Shown here: positions 62,894-64,000 of the stretch, in pieces | Numbering within the stretch: the stretch's first letter is position 1 | Layout of the letters: each line of letters begins with the position of its first letter | From: Rhina ancylostomus | Taxonomy: Eukaryota | Direction: 5' to 3' | Assembly (NCBI GenBank): GCA_030265395.1 | Contig: JARFYF010000036.1 | Location: 29,136,858 to 29,200,857, forward strand | DNA: 64,000 nt | The notes under the pieces: generated by a model | Databases searched by the model: none | Seen by the model: only the letters and a program-made list of their open reading frames with translations | What the model was told of the DNA's origin: nothing | Translations under genes and position numbers: made by a program

Positions 62894-64000
62894 AAATGTA
62901 CACATATAATGACTCTGCAGTGTATTCCTCTTACTAAATTCAGTCGCAGTGATTTCAATGGTGTTGAATTTTGGATTAATCCTCATACTCGCTACCTAAG
63001 TACAATGCAGATTTGCTCTGGGCAACAGGTTCTAGCTGCCCTTCTGACATTATCACTTGTCACTCATGATCACCTGGTGCGCCCTTCTTAATTGCCTAAT
63101 CAGCTTTGGTTGTATTGGGATGTTGGCAACTTGAAAAGAGTGAGTATTTCTGGCTGCTGCTTGTTGGATGTTGCATTTCAGCACCAGAAACAGACGGAGA
63201 ATGATACTGGAATTTTTGTCTGCAAGGAGCCATTTCAAAGGTTACGTAACCAATATTGTTCACTGTGATGGTGTTTGGCAGGATGTGAATGAATACATTT
63301 GTGATTAATTGAATGAATGGAAGGAGAATAGAAATACCATTCACCAAAGTCCATGCCCTTTATATTTATACTCCCTCTCCTCCCTCCACCCCTATATTGA
63401 AGGCAAGTTATTCAAAATTTTACGGAGCTCACCTTCTAATTAAGTTTGCTCCTTCCTTTCAAATGGTGCTACCAGCAATCAGTACAATCAATAGTCCTGA
63501 GATGTTAGAAATTAATGGAACACAGAAAAGAATGCAAGTTAAATGTTCAGCTTGTACCCACACTTGTGTGCAAGTAATTGAGTGGACATCTTATAGATGA
63601 GATAATATTTCTAGTCTCGCCCTTCAAAATGGGAAAGTGATATCAATTTCAAAAGAAACAATGGTGAAGTGTGCCTTGAGATGTTTAAGCAGGTTTATGT
63701 AGTCTGGAAAGAGGCGTTTAGAGTGCTTACTGTGCAGCTTCATTTTTGCTTTAATATGCTTTGTGGCCTGCATTATTTGTCCATTTACTTGGTATAATGA
63801 GGAAGTTGTCTGCCTTACCTTGACAGGTGTCCTCGGGCTATTAATTGCTATTTTGCCTCCGCTATCACATGCTTTAACTATTGCATGTGGCTTCATCTGG
63901 TGCAGATGACATGGAACTCCTGTGGTGCCAAGTGCCCCAACATTTCAGAAGGATCGACCCTTCACTGCAGCATTTATTTCACCACATCTCCAAAACCACA

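Noticed and set aside
63177-63193. RE1-like TTCAGCACCAGAAACAG (also half-sites near 4130-4148 and 17259)
   Set aside because: The critical GG of the GGACAG half is missing.
1-64000. Prokaryotic-type systems (CRISPR, operons, retrons, defence islands), tRNA or rRNA genes
   Set aside because: The sequence is vertebrate non-coding DNA with no repeat-spacer array, gene-dense region or intact structural RNA. The tRNA-like boxes belong to decayed SINE heads.

Overview
This is AT-rich, CpG-depleted vertebrate genomic DNA with 13 N-gaps, consistent with a draft assembly. It is not prokaryotic. The repeat content points to a cartilaginous fish, probably a ray or other batoid (inference from recalled family sequences, no database search run). 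The repeats are abundant decayed CR1/HER1-type LINEs, Rex1/Babar-type LINE 3' ends, L2-like fragments, a second CR1/L2-group LINE, Deu- and Meta-type SINE relics, Penelope-like terminal repeats with decayed hammerhead-ribozyme cores, and a probable solo LTR. I recognise no host protein-coding exon, tRNA, rRNA or CRISPR array. Every recognisable ORF is a broken LINE reverse-transcriptase fragment, so the window looks like a large intron or gene desert. The most noteworthy observations are: a CR1 copy with a twin-priming-like 5' inversion and a candidate 6-bp TSD; hammerhead relics of two apparent types; a tandem pair of RE1/NRSE-like sites; an unexplained 23/25-bp dispersed direct repeat; several enhancer-like motif clusters; and a few candidate non-coding exons or a microexon. 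I found no convincing evidence of a new biological system. Repeat boundaries are approximate.
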